From a virus (Duplodnaviria; Caudoviricetes), in the IMG/VR virus record IMGVR_UViG_3300028805_000061: a stretch of 64,000 bases of DNA; one strand, given 5' to 3'. Positions 1 to 10,341 of this stretch are shown here, one piece after another. The first letter of the stretch is position 1. Every line of letters starts with the position of its first letter. Position numbers and translations under genes: made by a program. A model generated the notes under the pieces. The model saw nothing but the letters and a program-made list of their open reading frames with translations. It was not told where the DNA came from and did not search any database.

Positions 1-134
1 TTTTAATAAAAACTATATTTGATATAGTTGATAGGCATGGAGAAAATATATCAAATAAAAATATACAAAAATTATTAATTGAAGTATTTAATAATTTAGA
101 AAATGAAATAAAGTCAAGACTAAAAGAGAATAAA

Positions 135-443
135 ATGACTTGGAAAGCTGTTGCAAATAAATATAGAGCAGTAAAAAAGAAATTTGAAACAATTAAAAGA
201 GGATCAACTTTAGAAAATATTTTAAATATGAAACTAAATCATATTGAAACACAGGAATTGTTAAAACTTAGACAAGAGCATAAAAAATTGATGATTGATA
301 AAAGAATTTGTAATAGATGTCAATATTTAGTTTTAAATGATTGCAGTGATAGTTGTATTGAAATAATAGAAAATAATCCAATGGCAGCATGGGACCAATC
401 AATGAGATGGGGAACATTTAATCCCACAATAAAAACTTTCTAA
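135..443 (+). CDS. hypothetical protein with Cys cluster
   Basis: ORF track; CxxC...CxxxC pattern. Confidence 0.6.
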   Translation: MTWKAVANKYRAVKKKFETIKRGSTLENILNMKLNHIETQELLKLRQEHKKLMIDKRICNRCQYLVLNDCSDSCIEIIENNPMAAWDQSMRWGTFNPTIKTF

Positions 444-453
444 GGAGAATAAT

Positions 454-726
454 ATGGAAAAGCAAGAGAGAATGAAAATATTAAAAAATTTTATAGAAAA
501 AGAAATTGCAAATAGTGAAGATAGATATAGTCCTAGTGTAAAAGAAATGCAAACTATATTTGAGAATTCTATTAAAGCAATTGAAGAATTATCTGGAGAA
601 GAAGTTGATTTAGAAAGATTTAATGAATTTTTAAAATTCTATAAAATAATGAAAGTAGTTGAACAAATAACTGAAAATTTAAGATGTGACAAATATATTG
701 AAGATTGTAAGAAAGGTAATAAATAA
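454..726 (+). CDS. hypothetical protein
   Basis: ORF preceded by AAGGAG RBS. Confidence 0.65.
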   Translation: MEKQERMKILKNFIEKEIANSEDRYSPSVKEMQTIFENSIKAIEELSGEEVDLERFNEFLKFYKIMKVVEQITENLRCDKYIEDCKKGNK

Positions 727-893
727 TGAATGCAATTGAACATTTGAAAAATGTTATAGATTTTGTAAATAGTGAATTTTGTGAAGTATGTAGGGAAGAT
801 TGTGATACTTGTACTCATTATGAAAATGGTTCATGCCCTATATTAACTGCAGAAAATTTTTTAACCGAAGAAGGTTATAGTGATGATGAATAA
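726..893 (+). CDS. small Cys-rich hypothetical protein (55 aa, not in ORF track)
   Basis: TAATG stop/start overlap; MNAIEHLKNVIDFVNSEFCEVCREDCDTCTHYENGSCPIL... Confidence 0.55.
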   Translation: MNAIEHLKNVIDFVNSEFCEVCREDCDTCTHYENGSCPILTAENFLTEEGYSDDE

Positions 894-1233
894 TTTACCA
901 GATCAAACAATAATTCAAAAAAGTTTAAATAATAGAGAAATTATTGGTATAGGTAAAGCTTTACAAGATTATAAAAAAGATGTATTAAAACTACAAAAAT
1001 TACCAATGACAGCAGATGCTTTATTAGAAAGTATTGAAATAGAGAAAAGTTTTAGAAAAGCTCTTGTAAATGATCTAAGAACTTTAATAGAAACAAACTG
1101 TGCTAATTGTCCAATGGGTTATGAGAGAAATACTTGTGAAGCAAAATCTTGCCCCTTTCAAACAATAGATAATATAGTTAATGAGAGATTAAAAGAATTA
1201 AATCAAATACTTCCTGGAGGTATAAATGAATAG
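880..1233 (+). CDS. hypothetical protein with CxxC motif
   Basis: ORF track; operonic packing. Confidence 0.6.
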   Translation: MMMNNLPDQTIIQKSLNNREIIGIGKALQDYKKDVLKLQKLPMTADALLESIEIEKSFRKALVNDLRTLIETNCANCPMGYERNTCEAKSCPFQTIDNIVNERLKELNQILPGGINE

Positions 1234-1522
1234 ATATCAACAAATAGTTAAAGAAATAGATGAACTAAAAGCTAAGCAAGAAGCAAGTAAAGAATTTTAT
1301 GACTCAAGAATTGCTGAAAAACAAAGAGAGTTGAATTCTTGTCCCAGTATGCAGTGTTCTGCTGCAGAAGCTTGGTGTAGATTAACAAATGCTTTAATAG
1401 ATAAGTATAAACATTTAGCTGAAGAAAATCCAGAAAAAGTAATTAAAGAAATTACACAAATAGAAGGTTGTTTAATAACTGGAGGATATTTAACTCAAAA
1501 ACAATTAGAGGAAGCTTTATGA
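1226..1522 (+). CDS. hypothetical protein
   Basis: GGAGG RBS; overlaps previous stop. Confidence 0.6.
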   Translation: MNRYQQIVKEIDELKAKQEASKEFYDSRIAEKQRELNSCPSMQCSAAEAWCRLTNALIDKYKHLAEENPEKVIKEITQIEGCLITGGYLTQKQLEEAL

Positions 1523-1770
1523 TTAAAACTTTTGAAAGTAATATTAAAAAAGTTGAAACATTAATAAACAATGAATTTTTTACATGTATAAGAAGTATAG
1601 ATGAAGAAGGCAAAACTGAATATGGTTTAAAAATGAATTCTTCAATAAGTGCAATAGTAGAACACTTAGTAGAATTATATAATAAAGCAAAACTCTATAC
1701 AGAAACAAAATAGATATAAATTAATTTCCTTATAAAATATTATATACATATAATTTATAAGGAGATGTAA

Positions 1771-2427
1771 ATGCAAGAATTACCTAAAGAAAGTTTAAGA
1801 TATGGAATGATACAAGTTCATAGAACTAATTCAACTGGTTCACATTTAGTTGGTAGTGATATAGAACATCAACAATATATAACATTAAAAATAAGTAAAG
1901 CTATTTATGAGAGAAATTTGAAAAATGATTGGTGGTTTGATAGAGACAATATTATAGAAATAAGTATGACATTGTCCCAGTGGGCTGAGTTTATAAGCTC
2001 TCCCAACACGAGTGGAGTACCTTGTACATTAGATAGAATACAAGGTAGATGTTTATGGAAAGAAGAGGAAGTACCTTTTGTAGATAAAATAAAACTTCAT
2101 GATGAGGAATTTAAGAAACAATGGAGAAATAATATTAATGAGATGAAAAATTTGATAGCAAATTTATCAGATTCATTTGAAAATAAAGAAAGTAGAAAAA
2201 CACAAAGAGAATTAATACATCAACTAGATCTTTTAATTAGAAACTTTATACCAAATGAAAAATTTGCTATAAATGAGTTTGAAGAACATATAGAAAGAAG
2301 AGTAAATCAAGCTAAAACAGAAATAAGTAATTATTTAGCAAGATTTCTTCAAAATAATGCTGAACAGTTATCAGTTAATATGTCACAGAATTTATTAGGA
2401 ATAACTACAAAAGGAGAGAAAGAATGA
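1771..2427 (+). CDS. conserved phage hypothetical protein
   Basis: AAGGAG RBS; YGMI..GS.I.H...W....IIEISM..SQWAEFISSPN..GVPCTL pattern recalled from large-phage proteins. Confidence 0.6.
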   Translation: MQELPKESLRYGMIQVHRTNSTGSHLVGSDIEHQQYITLKISKAIYERNLKNDWWFDRDNIIEISMTLSQWAEFISSPNTSGVPCTLDRIQGRCLWKEEEVPFVDKIKLHDEEFKKQWRNNINEMKNLIANLSDSFENKESRKTQRELIHQLDLLIRNFIPNEKFAINEFEEHIERRVNQAKTEISNYLARFLQNNAEQLSVNMSQNLLGITTKGEKE

Positions 2428-3179
2428 ATACAGATTTAGAAAATATTAAAGAAAAAATAAAGAGATTAAAATCTTTAGCTAAAGATGAAGCAGCTTCAGT
2501 AGGAGAAGCAGCAAATGCCATAAAGTTAGCAAAGAAATTATGTGATCAGTATAATTTAGTTCTTTCTGAAATAGACGAAAATGAATTAAATAAAGAATTA
2601 AAAGAAAACATTATTGAAAAGAAAATAGAAACTAGGCATAAAAGAATTAATGCAGCTATTTCTATGAGTACAAGAATATGTAAATTTTTTGAATGTGAAA
2701 CATTTTATAGTTGGAATGATGAATATCAAACTATAATAGGTTTAGAGCCAGATATAGAGTCAGCATTATATGCACTTGATATAGCACATAATAGTATGGA
2801 TTTAGCTTGGAAGAGATATATGAATAGTGAAGAATATGAAGAAGCCATAGATGATGGTTTTTCAAGAAGTCAAATAAGAAGAGATTTTTCTAAAGGTTTT
2901 GCTATAGCAGTAATAGAATTAGTAAAACAAATGCAGGCAGATAAAGATGCATTAAAAGAAATTCAAACAAGTAAGTGTACTTCTTTAATAATAAGAAAAT
3001 CACAAGAAATAAATGAATATAAAGGACAAAATTATCCCAATTTAAAGAGTAGAGCTACAACAATTTTCACAAGATCAAGTGGAGCAACAGTTTCAGGTAA
3101 AATAGAAGGAAGTAAAGTAAGATTTAATAAAGCATTAAATCAAACAGGAGAAAATAATAAATGTCTATTACAAGGATAA
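2424..3179 (+). CDS. DUF2786-domain protein
   Basis: N-terminal KIKRLKSLA...GEAANAIKLAKKLCDQYNL; later F..GFA motif typical of the family. Confidence 0.7.
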   Translation: MNTDLENIKEKIKRLKSLAKDEAASVGEAANAIKLAKKLCDQYNLVLSEIDENELNKELKENIIEKKIETRHKRINAAISMSTRICKFFECETFYSWNDEYQTIIGLEPDIESALYALDIAHNSMDLAWKRYMNSEEYEEAIDDGFSRSQIRRDFSKGFAIAVIELVKQMQADKDALKEIQTSKCTSLIIRKSQEINEYKGQNYPNLKSRATTIFTRSSGATVSGKIEGSKVRFNKALNQTGENNKCLLQG

Positions 3180-3538
3180 TGTTAGATAGATGGTTAATTC
3201 CACAATTACAAGAAATAATTCAAATAAAAATGTCTAAAGGGGATATTCAAGCAGAATTAGATTTAACAGATTCAGAAAATAATAGTGTAATAAGAGTAGA
3301 TTTAAAACAGCTATTTATAATAGTACAAGCATTAATACAAGTACCAGGAGAAATAGGTATAGAAGAAAGAAAAGTTTCTTTAATAGAAAACCCTTTAGGT
3401 AGACAATTATTTATAATAAGAAAATATAGAGATGGGTGGCAATTAGTAAAAGATTTAACTAATTTAGGTGTAACACAACAAGATATAGCAATAAGAGATC
3501 AAGCCAGACTAATAAATCACAATTGGAATAAAGAATAA
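3161..3538 (+). CDS. hypothetical protein
   Basis: ORF with AGGAG RBS. Confidence 0.6.
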   Translation: MSITRIMLDRWLIPQLQEIIQIKMSKGDIQAELDLTDSENNSVIRVDLKQLFIIVQALIQVPGEIGIEERKVSLIENPLGRQLFIIRKYRDGWQLVKDLTNLGVTQQDIAIRDQARLINHNWNKE

Positions 3539-3632
3539 GTCCTTGTAAAGAAATATTAACAGATAAAAACTATTACTATATAAAAATTATAGTAATAATT
3601 TTTTGATATAAAAATAAGAAAGGTAAAGCAAC

Positions 3633-4439
3633 ATGAAAAGAAAATCAGTATGGGATGAGAAACCATTAAAAGACTTAGACTTGTTAAAAGAGGTAGAAAA
3701 AAGACAACATAAAGATAGATGGTTAACTAAAATGGATATTTTTAGAGCATTATCAAAAAAGTATAAAAATATTCTTACACCAGATCAGTTTAATTTTAGA
3801 TACAATTATTTAATTGCTAAACAAAGAAAAGAAACTGTTAATAAAGTGAAAGAAGTAGCTAATAGTTTACCAAGTTATATAAATGATGTTTCAAAATCAG
3901 AAAAATCACAATCACTACCAAATTTAAGAAAATATGAAATAATAAATCATGAATTAAGAGATAAAAATCAAAATTTATTAAATATTAATAAAGCACTTTG
4001 GGAAATGATCGATCCCTATAAATTAGTAAAATTTTGTAATACACAATTAGAATTACAAAAAAGAAGAAAATGTAATGGGGGATTTAATATAATTTTTAAA
4101 ACATTAGCAGAAATATTTGATCAAAAACAAGATACAATAAGTTCTAGATTTTATGTAACAAGAAGACAACAAAAAGATGGCAAAAATGCAAAAGAAATAG
4201 AAAATCAAATTCTCCTTGACAAAGATAATCAGATAAATGAATTACAAAACACTATTATAATTCTTACGACTGACAATAATGATTTAAAGAAGGAGATTAA
4301 AGATTTAGAATTTTCCTTAGCAAAAGAGATAAATAATAGACAAATAGAATCAGAATTAAATTCTTTAAAAAATAGACCACTCGTAAAACTATCTCTATTC
4401 ATTAAAAACATAGAACAATTTTTCAAGAGAGAAGTATAA
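3633..4439 (+). CDS. hypothetical protein, possible DNA-binding domain plus coiled coil
   Basis: Two FxxL(S/A)xx(Y/F)...Q....RF/RY helical units and a C-terminal heptad region. Confidence 0.5.
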   Translation: MKRKSVWDEKPLKDLDLLKEVEKRQHKDRWLTKMDIFRALSKKYKNILTPDQFNFRYNYLIAKQRKETVNKVKEVANSLPSYINDVSKSEKSQSLPNLRKYEIINHELRDKNQNLLNINKALWEMIDPYKLVKFCNTQLELQKRRKCNGGFNIIFKTLAEIFDQKQDTISSRFYVTRRQQKDGKNAKEIENQILLDKDNQINELQNTIIILTTDNNDLKKEIKDLEFSLAKEINNRQIESELNSLKNRPLVKLSLFIKNIEQFFKREV

Positions 4440-4666
4440 GATGTTGTATTTAATAATTTTTATAATTTTTACAATTGGGATATTATTACCTTTTATAATA
4501 GCTTATAAAATAATTGAAGAGATAAAATTTGATAAATCAATAAAGGATCATTTAAAAGGTGATAAATCTTATCTAGATGTTTTTGATTTAGAAGATAAAA
4601 GTTAAAAAAATTAATTAAAAATAGTATATCTCTATTAAGAGTACTATTTGAAAGGCAATCAGAAGA

Positions 4667-4978
4667 ATGACAAATTATAATGAAAAAATTATAGAGATTC
4701 ATAAAAATATCTGGGTAAAATATAAAGATTTACTCCAAGAAATAAATAAAGTAGTAAATAGAAATGAATATAAAGAAACACAAGCAGGAGTAGCGATTCT
4801 TATAAATAAAGAGGAAGCTAATTCAATAAGTCAAAAAGTTAATAAACTTACTGAAGAAATAAATGCTTTTAACTATTATATTACTTTTTACCCAGATAAG
4901 GATAATATTTGGAAACAAGAAATAGAAGATATAAATCATATTCAAATTATTTTAAATAAACTAGAAATAGACAAATGA
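4667..4978 (+). CDS. hypothetical protein
   Basis: ORF track. Confidence 0.55.
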   Translation: MTNYNEKIIEIHKNIWVKYKDLLQEINKVVNRNEYKETQAGVAILINKEEANSISQKVNKLTEEINAFNYYITFYPDKDNIWKQEIEDINHIQIILNKLEIDK

Positions 4979-5279
4979 ATTATAGAATAACTGGAAATAT
5001 TATAATAGAAAAGATAAGTTTAACAGCCCTCGATAAAGTTAAACACTTTTACCCAGTATATAATAACAATATTTATACTGGGTATTATTTTAGGAAATAC
5101 AAAAATAATAAAAATCAATTACAAAATACAATCAAATTATTAATGGAGAAAAACAAGGCATAGCCATTTAGGTGTATAAATATATTAATTTATATAAACA
5201 CTCAATAAAAATAATAAAGGTTCTTAAAAGAGAAAATAGAGTTTCCTTCGAGTGAATATACTTAATAGAGGAGAATCAC

Positions 5280-5495
5280 ATGGAAGTATTAATGATAATA
5301 ATAATGTTTATTTTGATATACATAGCAATATTTACAAGCTTAATTTTAATGTGTTTAATGGAAATAAATGACACGACAAGATTTATTAAAAAACAATTTA
5401 GGGAATTGTTGACAAAGGAATTATTACAACATTTAGAGGAAGCATCAAAGCTGGAAAAACAGTTAGAACAAATAGAGCAGCCACATAATAACTAA
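5280..5495 (+). CDS. small membrane protein
   Basis: GAGGAG RBS; N-terminal hydrophobic helix. Confidence 0.6.
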   Translation: MEVLMIIIMFILIYIAIFTSLILMCLMEINDTTRFIKKQFRELLTKELLQHLEEASKLEKQLEQIEQPHNN

Positions 5496-5524
5496 AATAC
5501 TTATAAATAAGAAGGGAGAATAAT

Positions 5525-5962
5525 ATGGAACAAGATTATGTTAAGATAGACAATAATCGGTTTGATTTAGTTAAGTCTATTCATAGAGAAAGAATAGATC
5601 ATAGTATAAGTACTATAGAAAAGGACTTAGGTTATTTAATGGTTCAACACGATAAAATACATAAGCGTATAGACAAAGCATTATCAGCCAGAATATTTCT
5701 ATTTAATCAAGACAGCAAGTTGAGAGAAATAGAACAAGCAAAAACTAATGAAGCTAAGCAAAAAGCTTATGATGATTTTATGAATGTATTTATTAATCCA
5801 TCAACTCCAGCAAATGTTTCAATGTTAGAATGCTTTTGTAGTAAGAAGATAGTAGAAAGCTGGTTAGACAATTTAATAATGTATGCAGATGATGAAGCAC
5901 AACAAGATTTAAAAACTGTATTGGCAATAATAGATAAGTACTATAATAAGGAGGATAAATAA
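5525..5962 (+). CDS. hypothetical protein
   Basis: GGGAG RBS; ORF track. Confidence 0.65.
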   Translation: MEQDYVKIDNNRFDLVKSIHRERIDHSISTIEKDLGYLMVQHDKIHKRIDKALSARIFLFNQDSKLREIEQAKTNEAKQKAYDDFMNVFINPSTPANVSMLECFCSKKIVESWLDNLIMYADDEAQQDLKTVLAIIDKYYNKEDK

Positions 5963-6750
5963 TGTCAGCAGAAGAAAAGAATGAAGCATTAAATATGTTA
6001 TTCACTGAGAATAATGTAGATCAAAATAAAAATCAAGACTATAAATATAGTTTTCAAGAATTTGATCTACCTGAAAAATATTACTTACTGGAAATGTATA
6101 ATAAACAAAAAGAATTACAACAATTCTTAGCAGATAAAGGTAAAACAGAAACTTTCCCTAATATAGTGACAGATGTAATTCAACCAAATGTACAATTAGC
6201 TATTTATCACTTATTTTGTATGCAAATAGAATTCCAAGAGTTAAAAGTAGAATTACAAAAACTTACAGAACAACCACAAGATAATAACCTAAATACAATA
6301 GACGCAAGATATGAGTTAATAGATATGTTCTTCTTTATGTTTAATGTAGGTATATATACTGGCTTAGATATAATGGCAGTAGTAAATAAGATAGAAGAAT
6401 ATATAAAGACATTTGCTAATACACCAATAGAACAATGGTTAGATGTAAAGTATATTACTTCAGCAATAGAGAACTTAATGAATTATATAGATAAACTTCC
6501 ATGGAAAGCTTGGAAAGATTATGATTTAGCTAATTACAATTTTACTAGTCCCAATATAATAGAGTATTATTCATTAGCACTATATGATATGGTGATATAT
6601 GCAAAGTTTGCATTTAAAGAAACCAATAAAAGTTTATTCGACCTCTATATGAACAAGTGGATCGAAAACAAGCGAAGACAAGAAGATATAAATTCTGGGT
6701 ATGTATTAACAGAAAATATAGAAAACCATTCTCAGGAAGATATTAATTAA
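5962..6750 (+). CDS. dimeric dUTPase / all-alpha NTP pyrophosphatase family protein
   Basis: EFQEL, ELIDMFFF, LPWKAWK and C-terminal Y.NKWIENKRRQ...GY motifs. Confidence 0.7.
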   Translation: MSAEEKNEALNMLFTENNVDQNKNQDYKYSFQEFDLPEKYYLLEMYNKQKELQQFLADKGKTETFPNIVTDVIQPNVQLAIYHLFCMQIEFQELKVELQKLTEQPQDNNLNTIDARYELIDMFFFMFNVGIYTGLDIMAVVNKIEEYIKTFANTPIEQWLDVKYITSAIENLMNYIDKLPWKAWKDYDLANYNFTSPNIIEYYSLALYDMVIYAKFAFKETNKSLFDLYMNKWIENKRRQEDINSGYVLTENIENHSQEDIN

Positions 6751-6800
6751 TAATCTTTTCATACTTTCAAGTTATATAAACTTCTCAATCTTATATAACA

Positions 6801-6850
6801 AAACCTTGTAAATCCACTTCCTAACAACAAAATTTACAAGGTTTTATTTT
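6801..6850 (+). terminator. probable intrinsic terminator
   Basis: aaaccttgtaaat...atttacaaggttt inverted repeat followed by T-rich tract. Confidence 0.55.
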
Positions 6851-6906
6851 GGTTTATTTATTATAATAGGTTAATTAAATAAGTAGAAATTAAGAAGGAG
6901 ATATAA

Positions 6907-7449
6907 ATGAATTATAAAAGTACAATTGGTATTACTTTAAAAGGTATAATATCATTCTTTATATTAGTTTTATTAGCTGATATGCTTGTATATAAAGTGT
7001 TTATAAGTAAAAAACTAAATAAAATGAATTCTACTATTAAAATTATTGAACAATATACAGGTGATCTGTATAAACAATCTAAAGAAGATAGAAACGAAAT
7101 AATACCAGAAAAACAAATATTAGCAAAACATCTATTTCCAGCAAATTATTTAGGAGTATTCAGATTAACATTTTATACACCACATGAATTAGGAGCAAGT
7201 AATGCTAATGCATTAAGAACAGCAACAAGAACTATTCCAAAAGAGGGAAGAACAATAGCAGTAGATCCAAAATTAATTCCAAAAGGTAGTTTAGTATTTA
7301 TAGAAGGCTGGGGATATTATATAGCAGAAGATACTGGATCAGCTATAGAAGGTAAAAGAATAGATATATTCCTTAATAGTCATAGAATGGCAATCCAATT
7401 AGGTAACAAACAACAAGCAAGAGTATATTTATTAAGAAAGGGTGGTTAA
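6907..7449 (+). CDS. membrane-anchored 3D-domain protein (cell-wall binding / MltA-like)
   Basis: N-terminal TM helix; RTIAVDPKLIPKGS..IEGWGYYIAEDTGSAIEGKRIDIF is the canonical 3D motif. Confidence 0.85.
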   Translation: MNYKSTIGITLKGIISFFILVLLADMLVYKVFISKKLNKMNSTIKIIEQYTGDLYKQSKEDRNEIIPEKQILAKHLFPANYLGVFRLTFYTPHELGASNANALRTATRTIPKEGRTIAVDPKLIPKGSLVFIEGWGYYIAEDTGSAIEGKRIDIFLNSHRMAIQLGNKQQARVYLLRKGG

Positions 7450-7605
7450 TAGTGAGACAGCAACTAGATGAAAACTTATTTAGAATAATTGTAAAACCAG
7501 CAATTATTCTGGGGCAAAACTATCCTAATGATAATGTAGATAGTTTAATAGATATACTAATACATGATATATATGAATTAAATATTAAAAGAGAGGATAA
7601 TTAAT

Positions 7606-8106
7606 ATGAAACAACAAATTAAGTTTATAGAAAGACAAATAAAGTCTTTTATAACTATAGGGCAACCTTCAAGTAAAGGTTTTATATATACAAGAGAACT
7701 AATAGAAGATGTATTAAAACAACAGCAACCCTTAATAGATAATAGAACATTATTTGTAACACTAGGATATACTGGAGACAATATTACAGATATTGACTTT
7801 GATAAAGTAGAAGGATTTGTAACTAAAGCTGAAATAACAGAAGATAATAAGGTAACATATACAATACAGTTTTTAGAAAAAGTAGTTAATCTATATCTAT
7901 CTATACATATTCCTATGTTGGTAGAAATACCTATTAAAGCTAAAATAGATACTAAGAATAATATTATTACAGAAATAGAAACTACAAATTACATAGATAT
8001 GATTTTTAAAAATCCCAAAGAAACACTTGATAAAATTACTAAAGCTATAGATCAAATGAAACCTTTAATAAATTCAGTAAAAGGAGAAGCTAATGAAATT
8101 ACATAA
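7606..8106 (+). CDS. hypothetical protein
   Basis: GAGG RBS; ORF track. Confidence 0.6.
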   Translation: MKQQIKFIERQIKSFITIGQPSSKGFIYTRELIEDVLKQQQPLIDNRTLFVTLGYTGDNITDIDFDKVEGFVTKAEITEDNKVTYTIQFLEKVVNLYLSIHIPMLVEIPIKAKIDTKNNIITEIETTNYIDMIFKNPKETLDKITKAIDQMKPLINSVKGEANEIT

Positions 8107-8386
8107 AATAACTACTTTATGGGAATTCTTACCAGTATGTACTAAAGGATATGATGTTCAAGATACTTTTGGCTATTTTCTTTTTACTATTTTAATGGTA
8201 TTTGGAATAGTTATAATAGTATATAAGAATTTATTCTGGTTTTATAATAATTATGGAATCTTTACTATTAAAATAATAAAACAATTGATTATATATTGGC
8301 TTATAATTACTCCACCTACTTTCTATTTTGCAATTAATGAAGTATATAATCAATATGTAAAAGAATTAAATAGAGAGGAAGATTAG
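8093..8386 (+). CDS. two-TM membrane protein
   Basis: Two hydrophobic segments; AAGGAG RBS. Confidence 0.6.
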   Translation: MKLHKITTLWEFLPVCTKGYDVQDTFGYFLFTILMVFGIVIIVYKNLFWFYNNYGIFTIKIIKQLIIYWLIITPPTFYFAINEVYNQYVKELNREED

Positions 8387-8432
8387 TTATATTACTATAA
8401 CTCTCTCTTCTTAATTCTAAATAGTATACAAT

Positions 8433-8464
8433 AAACCCTATTAAAATTAATAGGGTTTTCTTTT
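8433..8464 (+). terminator. intrinsic terminator
   Basis: aaaccctattaa-aa-ttaatagggttt plus T tract. Confidence 0.7.
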
Positions 8465-8499
8465 CGAGTGGGAAAGCTAGAGATTAATTAAAAAAGTTC

Positions 8500-8629
8500 C
8501 ATAATTTTTGGAGACTTCCAAAAATTCAGAATTAATTATTCTGAATTTTTATGTGAGAAGATAAAAATTTGTTCTGAGATTCTTTCTCGAGATCTCATAA
8601 TTTTGGGTGTCTCCAAAATTCAGAATTAA
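8500..8629. repeat. non-coding palindrome / direct-repeat cluster
   Basis: cataatttttggagacttccaaaaattcagaattaa (8500-8535) and cataattttgggtgtctccaaaattcagaattaa (8596-8629), each with an internal hairpin; overlapping aaaattcagaat/attctgaatttt inverted repeat. Confidence 0.8.
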
Positions 8630-8690
8630 ACAAAGAATTTCTTTAAATATGAATAAATTATTATGTAATCAATTTATAGGGAGACAACAA

Positions 8691-8960
8691 ATGATAAATA
8701 CTAAAAAAGAACCACATAATGTTACTTTAATAGTAAGAGGTTGTGAAAATATTTATGTTTGTGATAGATGTGGTAAAGAAGTAAAAGAAGCAGATGTAAT
8801 AAAATCTTCAGGAGGAAGGGATATTAATTATGCATATTGTCCAGAATGTGCAAAAATATTATTCCCTCATTATAAGAGAGTAGCTAAAGTAGCATTTACT
8901 AATCCTATAATGAAAAACATAATGGCCGAAGCTAATACAAGATTCGAAAAATTAAGATAA
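8691..8960 (+). CDS. zinc-ribbon protein
   Basis: CDRC...CPEC; ATG 8691 follows GGGAG RBS (preferred to GTG 8607, which lies in the repeat region). Confidence 0.65.
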   Translation: MINTKKEPHNVTLIVRGCENIYVCDRCGKEVKEADVIKSSGGRDINYAYCPECAKILFPHYKRVAKVAFTNPIMKNIMAEANTRFEKLR

Positions 8961-9223
8961 TGAGTAATTTAAAAGATATAGAAGCTTTACAAATAATAGA
9001 GTTTTATAGAAAATACAATAAGTATGTACCAGATTTTACTAGAAGTCAGTGGGAAACTATAGCAATACATCAAACACTTAAACTATTTATTGTAAATGCA
9101 TTATTAAAAGAAAATCCTTCAAATAAAGTTCTTAAACAAATAATAAAATTAACAGAAGATAATTTACCAGATAAAGAATTACAACAACTATTAGCAGAAG
9201 GTTTAAAGAAAGCAGAAAAGTAA
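8960..9223 (+). CDS. hypothetical protein
   Basis: TAATG coupling. Confidence 0.6.
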   Translation: MSNLKDIEALQIIEFYRKYNKYVPDFTRSQWETIAIHQTLKLFIVNALLKENPSNKVLKQIIKLTEDNLPDKELQQLLAEGLKKAEK

Positions 9224-9531
9224 ATGGAAGAGTTAGGACCTATCTTATCAGTTATTATAATTATTTTAATTTTATTTATAATACTAAAAGGATAAAATTA
9301 ATGGAAAATGCTTTTATAAAAACAGCTTATATAAAGATAAGAGATCATATAATAAAGTTAGATAGTATAGTAGATATTTTTTATGATGAAGTAACTAAAC
9401 AAATGAACTTGTCTTTAGGAGTATCAGGTTCTATGACCTCTAATGTAATAATAATAAATGCTGAAAAAGAATATAATAAATTAGTAGAAATATTACCAAT
9501 AAGAGAATTATAAGTAATAAGGAGGGATATT

Positions 9532-9822
9532 ATGAAATTAATAGAATTTGCATTAACATTAGTAGACCAAATTAAGTTTGGTATAGCAAAATATGAAAAA
9601 GACTATAAAAATTTAAAAGGACCAGAAAAGATGGCTCATTTAAATCAAGAAATTACTGACTATTTTATTTTTAAATGGGAAGAAGTAAAAATCAATTTTA
9701 TTATAAAAACATTTCTTAAAAATAAAATTAAAAAAGCTATTCCTATTATAACACAAAAGGTATATGATCTAATTGCTGTTAGAATAGAGGGGGTAACAGA
9801 AAAGATTTTACTTATTAAATAA
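9532..9822 (+). CDS. hypothetical protein
   Basis: AAGGAGG RBS. Confidence 0.65.
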   Translation: MKLIEFALTLVDQIKFGIAKYEKDYKNLKGPEKMAHLNQEITDYFIFKWEEVKINFIIKTFLKNKIKKAIPIITQKVYDLIAVRIEGVTEKILLIK

Positions 9823-9903
9823 TTTGATAATATTCATGCAATGTTTTATTAGACTCTCTTCTGAATAGCTCTCCACCTTTATAAAATTCAGAAGAGATTT
9901 ATT

Positions 9904-10341
9904 TTGGCTATAATGAATAAAAGAGGGATAATAATGCAACTTACTAATAAAATAAGACAAATATATTTAGATAAAGACTATAATTTAGAAGAAATTCCTA
10001 GATTTGAACCAATAAATGCTTTTAGTTATTTTTATTTAGCACAATCTATTGTGTTTGGTATGGAAGTTTATTTAGCTAAAGTAGTACAAGTAGTAATAGA
10101 TAAGCCAGAATGTAAAGGGGAAGAAAAATTCTGGATTGAATCACAAGTAAATGTTTTTATAAATAAATACTTAATTTGGTTAAGAACTCTAATAGAAGAA
10201 TTCAGTACTAATATAAGTATAAGTAGAATAGCTTCAATGAAACAAATAATGATACAAATAAAATTGAACTTAATATTTAAAGGAGATAAAACTGAATATA
10301 CACACAGTTATTTCTTTATAAGAAAGGTAAATAATAAATGA
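9904..10341 (+). CDS. hypothetical protein
   Basis: ORF track; true start probably the downstream MQLTNK. Confidence 0.55.
   Translation: MAIMNKRGIIMQLTNKIRQIYLDKDYNLEEIPRFEPINAFSYFYLAQSIVFGMEVYLAKVVQVVIDKPECKGEEKFWIESQVNVFINKYLIWLRTLIEEFSTNISISRIASMKQIMIQIKLNLIFKGDKTEYTHSYFFIRKVNNK

Noticed and set aside
8607-8690. GTG start extending the zinc-ribbon ORF
   Set aside because: It lies inside the palindromic repeat with no RBS, whereas ATG 8691 has one.
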